This document shows, one piece after another, positions 35,818-46,326 of a DNA stretch of 64,000 nt. Below the pieces are notes generated by a model. The model did not search any database. It was given only the letters and a program-made list of their open reading frames with translations, and was not told the origin of the DNA. The stretch spans positions 1,047,136 to 1,111,135 of the forward strand of contig CAVWJW010000008.1 of the NCBI GenBank assembly GCA_963755335.1, in the 5' to 3' direction. A program made the position numbers and the translations under genes. Each line of letters starts with the position of its first letter. The first letter of the stretch is position 1. This stretch comes from an uncultured Actinomycetes bacterium. GTDB taxonomy: Bacteria; Actinomycetota; Actinomycetes; S36-B12.

Positions 35818-37506
35818 ATGACCGACATGAAGCCACGCAGCAAGGACGTCACCGAGGGTCTCGAGCGAGCCGCAGCACGCGGAATGCTGCGTGCCGTCGG
35901 GATGACGACCGAGGACTTCCCCAAGCCGCAGATCGGCATTGCATCCAGTTGGAACGAGATCACCCCCTGCAACCTGTCCCTCGAGCGCCTAGCACGATCG
36001 GCCAAGGAGGGCGTGCACGCAGCCGGCGGCTATCCGCTGCAGTTCGGCACGATCTCGGTGTCCGACGGCATCTCGATGGGCCATGAGGGCATGCACTTCT
36101 CGCTGGTGTCCCGCGAGATCATCGCCGACTCGGTCGAGGCCGTGATGGAGGGCGAGCGGCTCGACGGGATGGTCACCTTCGCCGGTTGCGACAAGTCGCT
36201 GCCCGGCATGCTCATGGCCGCGGCTCGACTCGACGTCGCGTCGGTCTTCGTCTACGCGGGCTCGATCCTGCCCGGCCATGTGAAGCTGTCGGACGGAACC
36301 GAGAAGGACGTCACGATCATCGACGCGTTCGAGGCCGTCGGCGCCTGCGCGCGCGGCCTGATGTCCCGCGAGGACGTGGACGCGATCGAGAAGGCGATCT
36401 GCCCCGGCGAGGGTGCCTGCGGCGGCATGTACACGGCGAACACGATGGCCAGTGCGGCCGAGGCGATGGGCATGTCGCTGCCCGGCTCGGCGGCCCCGCC
36501 AGCGGTCGACCGTCGACGCGACGGCTTCTCGCGGAACTCCGGCTCGGCAGTGGTCGAGCTGATCCGTCAGGGCATCACGACGCGCGACATCATCACGAAG
36601 CAGTCCCTCGAGAACGCGATCGCCGTCGTCATGGCCTTCGGCGGCTCGACGAACGCCGTCCTGCACCTGCTGGCGATCGCCCACGAGGCCAACGTCGAGC
36701 TCGAGATGCACGACTTCCATCGCATCGGCTCCAAGGTGCCGCTCCTGGCCGACGTCAAGCCGTTCGGGCGCTATGTCATGAGCGACGTCGACCGCGTCGG
36801 TGGCGTCCCCGTGATCATGCGGGCGCTGCTCGACGCCGGCCTGATGAACGGTGACTGCCTCACCGTCACCGGCCGGACGGTCGCCGAGAACCTGGCCGAC
36901 ATCAACCCGCCGGATCCCGACGGCGACATCCTCCGCGCGTCGCAGACGCCGCTGGATACGCACGGCGGCATCACGATCCTTGGCGGCTCACTGGCACCCG
37001 AGGGCGCTGTCGTGAAGAACGCCGGAGTGCCCGTCGACGTGTTCGAGGGCAAGGCCCGCGTGTTCGAGCGGGAGCAGTCGGCCATGGCCGCGCTCGAGGA
37101 CGGCACGATCAACAAGGGCGATGTCGTGGTCATCCGATACGAGGGGCCCAAGGGTGGCCCGGGCATGCGCGAGATGCTCATGATCACCGGCGCGATCAAG
37201 GGGGCCGGCCTCGGCAAGGACGTCCTGCTGATCACGGACGGACGGTTCTCCGGCGGTACGACGGGCCTGTGCGTGGGGCACGTCGCGCCGGAAGCGGTCG
37301 ACGGCGGCCCGATCGGCCTGGTCGCGGAGGGCGACACCATCCGGATCGACCTCACGTCGCGGTCGCTGGACCTCCTGGTCGACGCCGAGGAGCTGGTGCG
37401 CCGGCGCGAGGAGTTCACCCCGCTGCCCCCGCGCTACACCCGCGGCGTCCTGGCGAAGTACGCGAAGCTGGTGGGGTCGGCCTCGCGCGGGGCGGTCTGC
37501 GACTAG
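35818..37506 (+). CDS. ilvD: dihydroxy-acid dehydratase
   Basis: 562 aa. Translation ...[12 protein letters not shown]...[12 protein letters not shown]...GCDKSLPGM...[16 protein letters not shown]...TDGRFSGGT. Confidence 0.95.
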   Translation: MTDMKPRSKDVTEGLERAAARGMLRAVGMTTEDFPKPQIGIASSWNEITPCNLSLERLARSAKEGVHAAGGYPLQFGTISVSDGISMGHEGMHFSLVSREIIADSVEAVMEGERLDGMVTFAGCDKSLPGMLMAAARLDVASVFVYAGSILPGHVKLSDGTEKDVTIIDAFEAVGACARGLMSREDVDAIEKAICPGEGACGGMYTANTMASAAEAMGMSLPGSAAPPAVDRRRDGFSRNSGSAVVELIRQGITTRDIITKQSLENAIAVVMAFGGSTNAVLHLLAIAHEANVELEMHDFHRIGSKVPLLADVKPFGRYVMSDVDRVGGVPVIMRALLDAGLMNGDCLTVTGRTVAENLADINPPDPDGDILRASQTPLDTHGGITILGGSLAPEGAVVKNAGVPVDVFEGKARVFEREQSAMAALEDGTINKGDVVVIRYEGPKGGPGMREMLMITGAIKGAGLGKDVLLITDGRFSGGTTGLCVGHVAPEAVDGGPIGLVAEGDTIRIDLTSRSLDLLVDAEELVRRREEFTPLPPRYTRGVLAKYAKLVGSASRGAVCD

Positions 37507-37691
37507 GCGAGGAGCGAGCGTAGCGAGCCCGGGAGCCTGGGCGCCATGGGCTGCGCTAGGCGTGGAGCCAGCGAGCGAGCCCGGAGCCTGGGCGCCGTAG
37601 GTCTGCGACTAGGCGAGGAGCGAGCGCAGCGAGCCCGGGAGCCTGGGCGCCGTGGGCCTGCGACTAGGCGAGGAGCGAGCGCAGCGAGCCC
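37501..37691. repeat. tandem repeat, about 3.5 copies of a 52-55 bp unit that starts at the ilvD stop codon (MIRU/VNTR-like)
   Basis: Copy A is 37501-37554, gactaggcgaggagcgagcgtagcgagcccgggagcctgggcgccatgggctgc. Copy B is 37555-37606 and is diverged. Copy C is 37607-37661 and is nearly identical to A. Copy D is a partial copy at 37662-37691. Confidence 0.85.
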
Positions 37692-37705
37692 CATGTGCCG
37701 CCGAC

Positions 37706-37755
37706 CTTGAGGTTGTGGGGGCTGCCGGACCTCCGGCAGCCCCCACAACCTCAAG
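37706..37755. terminator. perfect 50-bp palindrome (24-bp arms), likely ilvD terminator or structural element
   Basis: cttgaggttgtgggggctgccgga (37706-37729), then cc, then tccggcagcccccacaacctcaag (37732-37755). There is no U-tract. Confidence 0.55.
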
Positions 37756-37869
37756 CTCGGCGAGGGGTTGGGTGGGGGCAAGGCGCCGGGTGTTGTGGTC
37801 GATCCCGACGCGTGTGGTGCTGGTCACCTCGTGGTGACAGGGAACGGCTCGACGGGTACGGTTCGGTCC

Positions 37870-37908
37870 GTGGCACAGAACCTCGTAGTTATTGAGCGCG
37901 CGGGCTGA
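37870..37908 (+). promoter_or_regulatory. candidate ilvB leader peptide MAQNLVVIERAG (Leu-Val-Val-Ile regulatory codons)
   Basis: Sequence GTG GCA CAG AAC CTC GTA GTT ATT GAG CGC GCG GGC TGA. GTA, GTT and ATT are rare A/T-ending codons in this GC-rich genome. The 3-prime codons (gagcgcgcggg) can pair with ccggcgcgct at 37921-37930. The terminator lies 24 nt downstream. Confidence 0.45.
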
Positions 37909-37931
37909 CTTCTTCGTCAACCGGCGCGCTG

Positions 37932-37968
37932 CCCTCCGTTACCCAGCCGGGTCGGGGGGTTTTTCGTT
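37932..37968 (+). terminator. attenuator-type intrinsic terminator upstream of ilvB
   Basis: ccctccgttaccc (37932-37944), loop agcc, then gggtcgggggg (37949-37959), followed by tttttcgtt. It lies 56 nt upstream of the ilvB ATG. Confidence 0.55.
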
Positions 37969-38019
37969 GCAGGGGCAGAATTGAGCACGACCCGCACGGT
38001 CGGCTCACACGACTAGGGA

Positions 38020-39776
38020 ATGGCGAGTAGCGAGATGGGCGAGAAGATCACCGGGGCGCAGAGCCTGGTGTATGCACTGGAGGCGGCCGGCGTCGACGTC
38101 GCCTTCGGCATACCCGGCGGCGCCATCCTTCCGCTGTACGACCCGTTGATGGACTCCCAGAAGATCCGGCACATCCTCGTCCGGCACGAGCAGGGGGCCG
38201 GCCACGCCGCCGAGGGCTACGCCGCGGCCACCGGCCGCGTCGGCGTGTGCATGGCGACGAGCGGTCCGGGCGCGACGAACCTCGTCACGCCGATCGCCGA
38301 CGCCAACATGGACTCCATCCCGATCGTGGCCATCACCGGCCAGGTGCCCAGCGCCGCGATCGGCACGGACGCCTTCCAGGAGGCCGACATCCGCGGCATC
38401 ACGATGCCGATCACCAAGCACAACTTCCTCGTCACCGATCCGGACGAGATCCCGCGTGCGATCGCCGAGGCCTTCCACCTCGCGTCGACGGGCCGTCCGG
38501 GCCCCGTGCTCGTCGACGTGTCGAAGGATGCGATGCAGGCCAAGACCGAGTTCCACTGGCCCACGCACCTCGACCTGCCCGGCTACCGGCCGGTCACCCG
38601 GCCGCACTCCAAGCAGGTGCGCGAGGCCGCACGCATGATGATGGGCGCCCGCCAGCCGGTCCTGTACGTCGGTGGCGGCGTGATCCGCGCCGGCGCAGCG
38701 GCGCCGCTGCGCAAGCTCGCCGAGATCACCGGCATCCCGGTCGTCACGACGCTGATGGCTCGCGGTGCCTTCCCCGACTCGCACCCGCAGCACCTGGGCA
38801 TGCCGGGCATGCACGGCACCGTGGCCGCGGTCGGCGCGCTGCAGAAGTCCGACCTGCATCGTGCGCCTGGGCGCACGGTTCGACGACCGGGTCACCGGGC
38901 ACCTCGAGTCGTTCGCGCCGAACGCGGCGATCATCCACGCCGACATCGACCCGGCGGAGATCGGCAAGAACCGCACGGCCGACGTTCCCATCGTGGGGGA
39001 CCTCGCGGAGATCCTTCCCGAGCTCATCACCGCGGTCGAGGTCGAGCAGGCGAACGGCAAGGTGGGCGAGTACGCCGCCTGGTGGTCGCTCCTGAACCGC
39101 ATGCGCGAGACCTACCCGCTCGGATACGAGACCTTCGACGACGGCACGCTGTCACCGCAGTACGTGATCGAGCGGCTCGGGCAAGATCGCCGGCCCGGAG
39201 GCGATCTACGCGTCGGGGGTCGGCCAGCACCAGATGTGGGCCTCGCAGTTCATCTCCTACGAGCACCCGAACACGTGGCTCAACTCCGGTGGTCTGGGCA
39301 CGATGGGCTACGCGGTTCCGGCGGCCATGGGCGCGAAGGTCGGCGTGCCCGACAAGACCGTCTGGGCGATCGACGGCGACGGCTGCTTCCAGATGACCAA
39401 CCAGGAGCTCGCCACCTGCGCGATCAACGACATCCCGATCAAGGTGGCGCTGATCAACAACGGCAACCTCGGCATGGTCCGTCAGTGGCAGACGCTGTTC
39501 TACAACGAGCGGTACTCCAACACGACCTGCGAGACGTTCCGCATCCCGGACTTCGTCAAGCTGGCCGAGGCGTACGGCTGCTACGGCCTGCGCTGCGAGT
39601 CGGCCGACGACGTCGACGCGACGATCGAGAAGGCGATGGGGATGAACGACGCGCCCGTCGTCATCGACTTCGTCGTCCACAAGGACGCGATGGTCTGGCC
39701 GATGGTCGCGGCGGGGACGAGCAACGACGACATCATGATCGCGCGCGCCATGGCACCGGATTGGGGAGACCACTGA
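38020..39776 (+). pseudogene. ilvB: acetolactate synthase large subunit, two +1 frame disruptions (probably artefactual)
   Basis: The protein is split over three frames. Segment 1: ...[12 protein letters not shown]...[14 protein letters not shown]...[14 protein letters not shown]...ALQKSDL. Segment 2: [14 protein letters not shown]...VIERLG. Segment 3: ...[12 protein letters not shown]...[17 protein letters not shown]...[13 protein letters not shown]. The switches are at about 38857 and in the ggg run at 39179-39181. The length is 3n+2. An alternative start lies at 38035. Confidence 0.9.
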
Positions 39777-40302
39777 TGTCCCGACACACCCTCTCGGTCC
39801 TCGTCGAGAACAAGCCCGGGCGTCCTGGCTCGTGTCGCGAGCCTGTTCTCCCGACGCGGCTTCAACATCGAGTCGCTCGCGGTCGGCCCCACCGAGGTGC
39901 CCGACATCTCGCGCATGACGATCGTCGTGTCCGTGACCGGCCTGCCCCTCGAGCAGGTCACCAAGCAGCTCAACAAGCTGATCAACGTGCTCAAGATCGT
40001 CGAACTCGATCCTGAGGCATCGGTGCAGCGCGAGATCATGCTCGTCAAGGTGAAGGCCGAGACCGAGACCCGTTCGCACATCCTCGAGACGGCGCAGCTC
40101 TTCCGCGCCAAGGTCGTCGACGTCGCTCCTGACTCCGTGACGATCGAGGCGACCGGCAAGTCCGACAAGCTGACCGCACTGCTGAGGGTGCTCGAGCCCT
40201 ACGGCATCAAGGAACTGGTCAAGTCGGGCATGGTGGCCGTCGGGCCGTGGACCCCGGTCGATCACCGACCGGTCGCTGCGTCCGGCCGAGCGTTCCGCCT
40301 GA
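39776..40302 (+). pseudogene. ilvN: acetolactate synthase small subunit, two +1 frame disruptions
   Basis: MSRHTLSVLVENKPG is followed in the next frame by VLARVASLFSRRGFNIESLAVGPTE...RMTIVV...LNKLINVLKI. The C-terminus GRGPRSITDRSLRPAERSA lies in a third frame. The switches are in ggg runs at 39818-39820 and 40242-40244. A TGATG overlaps the ilvB stop. Confidence 0.85.
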
Positions 40303-40370
40303 GGCCCGCCCGGTACCCTTCACCCGCACGTCCGCTGACGATCAGTACCCCGAACACGAACCAGACATAA

Positions 40371-41414
<1,044 letters not shown>

Positions 41415-41464
41415 AACCCCCCGATCCGGGCTGGGCGTGATGACGATCGCGCCCAGCCCGCTTC

Positions 41465-41946
41465 ATGAACGGAACTCCCCCGCCCGTGAACGGCGATCGG
41501 CTCCCCGCCGACGACCATGTCCACAGCGAGTGGTCATGGGACACCGCGCGAGGCAGCATGGAACGCACGGGTGCCCGGGCGGTCGAGCTCGGCCTGCCCT
41601 CGCGTGCTCGGCTCCGTGCACACGGGCGTGGTGGGCGACGGATCGGGCCGGACCGAGATCGGGGTCCTGTTCGCCGGTCAGCCTGCCGAGCAGGTGGTGC
41701 GAGTACCGCGGCGTCCTGTCCGCCCTCGCCGCGGCCGGCAAGGTCCTCGAGGTGAACACCCGCGTGCCCCTGCACCTCGACGTGATCCGCTGGTGGCACG
41801 ACGAGGGCGGCGAGTCCATCACGTTCGCGAGCGATGCACACGAACCGGATGACCTGGCCGCCGGCTTCGCGGACGCCATCGGGCTCGCCGAGGCAGCTGG
41901 CTTCCGGGCCGGCCAGGACCCCTGGGACCACTGGTTCCGGACCTAG
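41465..41946 (+). pseudogene. PHP-domain (histidinol-phosphatase-like) gene remnant with internal deletions and frame changes
   Basis: Three conserved pieces lie in three different frames: LPADDHVHSEWSWDTARGSMERT.ARAVELGLP, RVLGSVHT...EIGVLFAGQPAEQVVR, and EYRGVLSALAAAGKVLEVNTRVPL...WWHDEGGESITFASDAHEPDDLA. They total about 160 codons, against the roughly 280-300 I would expect for this family. Confidence 0.55.
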
Positions 41947-42016
41947 TCGCGTGACGGGATTCACAAGCCCTCGCGGTCGTTAACGACCAGATCGCGGCCC
42001 CGTTAGACTCCCGCGC

Positions 42017-43600
42017 GTGACCAAGCCACGCGTGCTCATCGCTGAAGAACTGTCGCCCGCCACCGTCGAGGCCCTCGGGCCCGACTTCGAGATCGTCACC
42101 TGTGACGGCGCCGATCGGGCGGCGCTGCTGCCGGCCATCGCCGACGTCGACGCGATCCTCGTCCGCTCGGCGACCCAGGTCGATGCCGAGGCTATCGCGG
42201 CGGCCAAGAAGCTCAAGGTGATCGCCCGAGCCGGCGTGGGCCTCGACAACGTCGACATCAAGGCGGCGACGCAGGCCGGTGTCATGGTCGTCAACGCGCC
42301 GACCTCCAACATCGTCAGTGCCGCGGAGCTCGCGGTCGCGCTGCTCCTGGCTTCGGCGCGCAACGTGGTCCCGGCGAGCACCGCCCTCGCCCACGGCGAG
42401 TGGAAGCGCTCGAAGTACACGGGTGTCGAGGTGGCCGACAAGGTCGTCGGCGTCGTGGGCCTCGGCCGCATCGGCGTGCTCGTCGCACAGCGCCTGAGCG
42501 CCTTCGGGGTGCGCCTGATCGCCTTCGACCCCTACGTCCAGCCCGCCCGCGCCGCCCAGCTCGGCGTCCGCATGGTGTCCCTCGACGAGCTGCTCGCCGA
42601 GTCCGACTTCATCACGGTGCACCTGCCCAAGACGGCCGAGACCATCGGCCTGATCGGCGATGCCGAGCTGCACAAGGTCAAGCCGACCGTCCATATCGTG
42701 AACGCCGCTCGCGGCGGCATCGTCGATGAGAAGGCCCTCTACGACGCCCTCGTCGACGGCCGGGTGGCCGGTGCCGGCCTCGACGTGTACGCCAAGGAGC
42801 CCTGCACCGACTCCCCGCTGTTCACGCTGGAGACGGTGGTGGCGACACCGCACCTCGGTGCGTCCACCGACGAGGCCCAGGAGAAGGCCGGTATCGCCGT
42901 CGCCCGCTCCGTCCGGTTGGCGCTCAACGGCGAGCTGGTTCCGGACGCCGTGAACGTCCAGGGCGGCCAGCTCGACGAGGTCATCAAGCCGATGCTGCCG
43001 CTGGCCGAGCAGATCGGCTCGCTGGCCTGCGGCCTGGCCGACTCCGCCGTGGTGCGCATCGACGTCGAGGCACTGGGCGAGATCGCCGAGCACGATGTGC
43101 GCGTGCTCGAACTGTCGGCGCTCAAGGGCGTCTTCCAGATGCTCGTCCACGACCCCGTCTCGTTCGTCAACGCTCCGGTTCTGGCCGAGCAGCGCGGCGT
43201 TGAGGTCTCGCTGACCAGCGACCGCACGAGCGAGGACCATCGCTCACTGCTCCGGGTCACCCTCACGCAGACCGACGGCTCCAAGGTGAGCGTGGCCGGC
43301 ACCGTCACCGGTGCCCGCGACACCGCCAAGGTCGTGGAGGTGGACTCCTTCGACGTCGACGTCCCGATCAGCGAGCACATGGCCTTCCTGCGCTACCACG
43401 ATCGCCCCGGCATCGTCGGCATCGTCGGTCGCGTGCTCGGCGAGGCCGAGGTGAACATCGGCGGGATGCAGGTCAGCCGTGACGACTCGAGCCACGCGCT
43501 CATCGTCCTGACGGTCGACTCGGCGATCCCCGCCGAGCGGCTGGAGTCCATCGTCGCCGAGATCGGCGCGCACTCGGGCAAGGCCGTCGACCTCCGCTGA
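42017..43600 (+). CDS. serA: D-3-phosphoglycerate dehydrogenase (long form with ASB and ACT domains)
   Basis: 527 aa. Translation VGVVGLGRIGVLVAQR...IVNAARGGIVDE...TPHLGAST. The C-terminal ACT domain includes GIVGIVGRVLGE..VNI. Confidence 0.9.
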   Translation: MTKPRVLIAEELSPATVEALGPDFEIVTCDGADRAALLPAIADVDAILVRSATQVDAEAIAAAKKLKVIARAGVGLDNVDIKAATQAGVMVVNAPTSNIVSAAELAVALLLASARNVVPASTALAHGEWKRSKYTGVEVADKVVGVVGLGRIGVLVAQRLSAFGVRLIAFDPYVQPARAAQLGVRMVSLDELLAESDFITVHLPKTAETIGLIGDAELHKVKPTVHIVNAARGGIVDEKALYDALVDGRVAGAGLDVYAKEPCTDSPLFTLETVVATPHLGASTDEAQEKAGIAVARSVRLALNGELVPDAVNVQGGQLDEVIKPMLPLAEQIGSLACGLADSAVVRIDVEALGEIAEHDVRVLELSALKGVFQMLVHDPVSFVNAPVLAEQRGVEVSLTSDRTSEDHRSLLRVTLTQTDGSKVSVAGTVTGARDTAKVVEVDSFDVDVPISEHMAFLRYHDRPGIVGIVGRVLGEAEVNIGGMQVSRDDSSHALIVLTVDSAIPAERLESIVAEIGAHSGKAVDLR

Positions 43601-43616
43601 GGTCGCCATCTCGGCC

Positions 43617-44516
43617 ATGGACCGCATCCACCGGTCCGGGTTGCTCTGGGCGTTCCTCGGCGTCCTGCTGTTCTCGTTCTCGCTGCCCCTGACCAAGGTC
43701 GCGGTGGGCGGGTTCAGCCCCTATCTCACGGCGACCGGCCGAGCGGTCATCGCTGCTGCGCTGGCGCTGGTCCTGCTGGGCATCCGCCGCGTGCGCTTCC
43801 CCGCACGCCAGCATGTGCGCCCGCTCGTGTTCACGATGCTGGGGGCGGTGTTCGGGTGGCCGATCCTGCTGGCGCTCGCCCTCGAGCGAACCACGTCGGC
43901 TCATGCCGCCGTCATCGCCGCCTTCATGCCCCTGACCACCGCGCTGTTCGCGGTCCTGCGCACGCATGAGCGCGTCGCCCCGCAGTTCTGGTGGGCGGCT
44001 GGTGCCGGCACCGGAGCCCTCGTGGTCTTCGCCCTGTCGCGCGGGGGAGCAGAGGGGGGCGACTGGATCGCGGACCTTCTGATCGTCGGCGCCGTCATCA
44101 GCTCGTCGTGGTGCTACGTCGAGGGTGCGGCGATCACGAAGGTGATGCCGGGGTGGCAGGTGATCTCGTGGGTCGTCGTCCTGGCGCTGCCCGTGACACT
44201 GCCGGCGTCGATCGTCCTGTACGCCTCCACGTCGGGGAACTACGACACGACCACCGCGGAGTGGGGTGCCCTCATCCTGCTCGGCCTGTCGTCGATGTAC
44301 CTCGGCTTCTTCGCCTGGTACCGCGGGCTGTCTCTCGCCGGTGCCGCCTACGGGGGCCAGGTGCAGCAGGTGCAGCCGCTGCTGACCCTGTTGTGGTCTG
44401 CTCTTCTGCTCGGCGAGGTGGTGACGCTCGGGACGGTCGCGGCCGCGCTTGCCGTCGTAGCCTGCGTGATGTGGGCCCAGCGCACGCGGCTGGTCATGGT
44501 CGCACCGGAGGAGTAA
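43617..44516 (+). CDS. DMT superfamily (EamA-like) transporter
   Basis: About 10 predicted TM helices arranged as two EamA-like halves. Confidence 0.75.
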   Translation: MDRIHRSGLLWAFLGVLLFSFSLPLTKVAVGGFSPYLTATGRAVIAAALALVLLGIRRVRFPARQHVRPLVFTMLGAVFGWPILLALALERTTSAHAAVIAAFMPLTTALFAVLRTHERVAPQFWWAAGAGTGALVVFALSRGGAEGGDWIADLLIVGAVISSSWCYVEGAAITKVMPGWQVISWVVVLALPVTLPASIVLYASTSGNYDTTTAEWGALILLGLSSMYLGFFAWYRGLSLAGAAYGGQVQQVQPLLTLLWSALLLGEVVTLGTVAAALAVVACVMWAQRTRLVMVAPEE

Positions 44517-44592
44517 GCCGTCAGCGGAAGGCTTGTGGGTGTCCCCGGCGTCGTGGCATAGCCTTAGGCGGACGGGGCGAAGTGGAGGTGGG

Positions 44593-46326
44593 ATGGGCGA
44601 GCTGTTCGTCACGTACCTGAGGCCGCACTGGCGGATCCTGATCCTCATCGCGTTCCTGCTGCTCATCCAGGCGATCGCCAACCTGTTCCTGCCCAGCCTC
44701 AATGCCGACATCATCAACGACGGTGTCGTCAAGGGCGACACGGCCTACATCCTGCGTGTCGGAGCGCTGATGCTCCTCATCTCGGTGCTGCTGGGCTTCG
44801 CCTCGGTCATCACCGTCTACTACAGCGCGCGCACGTCGATGCGGTTCGGGCGCGACGTACGAGGCGACATCTTCCGCAAGGTCGAGGGCTTCTCGCTCAG
44901 CCAGATGCACGCCTTCGGAGTACCGTCCCTCATCACGCGGAACACCAACGACGTCCAGCAGCTGCAGATGCTGGTCATGGTCGGCCTGACGATGATGGTG
45001 CTGGCCCCGATCACCGCCGTCGGCGGCATCATCATGGCCACGCGCGAGAACCTTCAGCTCTCGGCCCTGCTCTTCGTCACCGTTCCGCTGATGATCGCGG
45101 TGATCGGCTACATGGTCTTCCGGGCCGTGCCGTTGTTCCGCTCCATGCAGGTCAAGATCGATCGCGTCAACGGGGTGCTGCGCGAGAACCTCGCCGGCAT
45201 CCGCGTCATCCGGGCGTTCGTGCGCACCGAGCACGAGGAGGCCCGGTTCGCCGACGCCAACGCCGATCTCACCGACACGGCGCTGAAGGTCACCCGACTC
45301 TTCGCTCTCATCATGCCGACCCTGATGCTGATCATGAACCTCACGATCGTGGCGGTCATCTGGTTCGGCGGTGCACTCGTGTCGGACGGGAGCATGCCGA
45401 TCGGCAACCTGTTCGCCTTCCAGTCCTACATCATGCAGATCCTGTTCTCGGTGATGATGGCCGTCATGACCATGATGATGGTCCCGCGGGCCGCCGCATC
45501 GGCAGAGCGCGTGCAGGCCGTCCTGAAGGCGACGCCGGAGATCGGCGAGCCGGCGGCGGCGTTCACCGAGCCGCTGCCGCGCATCGGGCGCATCGAACTG
45601 CGCGATGTCGAGTTCCGTTACCCCGGCGCACAGGACTCGGTCCTGCAGAAGGTGTCCTTCACGCTCGAGCCCGGAACGACGACCGCGATCGTGGGTGGCA
45701 CCGGATCGGGCAAGAGCACGCTGATCAACCTCCTGCCCCGGCTCCTCGACGTCACGAGTGGCGCGATTCTCATCGACGATGTCGATGTGCGCGACCTGCC
45801 GCTCGAGGAGCTGTGGGACCTGTTCGGGATCGTGCCCCAGCGCGGCTTCCTGTTCGGCGGGACCATCGCGAGCAACGTCCGCTTCGGGCGCCCGGATGCC
45901 ACCGACGACGAGGTCTGGGAGGCGATCACCATCGCCCAGGCGCGCGATTTCATCGACCTGCTCCCGGAGGGGATCGAGGCCGAGGTCGACCAGGGCGGCG
46001 TCAACCTGTCCGGTGGCCAGCGCCAACGCCTGGCGATGGCACGGTGCATCGTGCGGGATCCGCTGATCTACCTGTTCGACGACTCATTCTCGGCACTCGA
46101 CTACACGACGGATGCGCGCCTGCGCGCCGCACTCGCGGGGCGCACCCGTGATCGCACGGTCGTGATCGTCGCGCAACGGGTCAGCACCATCATGGATGCC
46201 GACCGCATCGTGGTCATGGATGGCGGCGCGGTGGTCGGGATCGGCACGCACGACCAGCTCCTTGAGCAGTGCGAGGCCTATCGCGAGATCGTGTCGTCGC
46301 AGGTGGCACTGGAGGACGTGCGATGA
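44593..46326 (+). CDS. ABC exporter, fused permease/ATP-binding subunit (heterodimer partner 1)
   Basis: Six TM helices, then GGTGSGKST, LSGGQRQRLAMAR and YLFDDSFSALD. The start is at ATG 44593. Confidence 0.85.
   Translation: MGELFVTYLRPHWRILILIAFLLLIQAIANLFLPSLNADIINDGVVKGDTAYILRVGALMLLISVLLGFASVITVYYSARTSMRFGRDVRGDIFRKVEGFSLSQMHAFGVPSLITRNTNDVQQLQMLVMVGLTMMVLAPITAVGGIIMATRENLQLSALLFVTVPLMIAVIGYMVFRAVPLFRSMQVKIDRVNGVLRENLAGIRVIRAFVRTEHEEARFADANADLTDTALKVTRLFALIMPTLMLIMNLTIVAVIWFGGALVSDGSMPIGNLFAFQSYIMQILFSVMMAVMTMMMVPRAAASAERVQAVLKATPEIGEPAAAFTEPLPRIGRIELRDVEFRYPGAQDSVLQKVSFTLEPGTTTAIVGGTGSGKSTLINLLPRLLDVTSGAILIDDVDVRDLPLEELWDLFGIVPQRGFLFGGTIASNVRFGRPDATDDEVWEAITIAQARDFIDLLPEGIEAEVDQGGVNLSGGQRQRLAMARCIVRDPLIYLFDDSFSALDYTTDARLRAALAGRTRDRTVVIVAQRVSTIMDADRIVVMDGGAVVGIGTHDQLLEQCEAYREIVSSQVALEDVR

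Noticed and set aside
37501-37691. Possible CRISPR array, because of the regularly repeated units of about 54 bp
   Set aside because: The units are directly adjacent with no unique spacers. The copies diverge by indels. No cas genes or leader are nearby. This is a simple tandem repeat.
37790-37837. Alternative ilvB leader peptide MLWSIPTRVVLVTSW (Val-Val-Leu-Val)
   Set aside because: It lies about 95 nt from the terminator and uses common GC-ending codons. The downstream mini-ORF at 37870-37908 has rare A/T-ending Val/Ile codons and overlaps a helix. I keep this one only as a fallback candidate.
37503-37920. Minus-strand ORFs 37503..37781 and 37609..37920, which encode repeated [13 protein letters not shown] peptides
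   Set aside because: The periodic peptide is just the translation of the tandem repeat. The ORFs run through the palindrome and the ilvB leader region and have no RBS or family resemblance.
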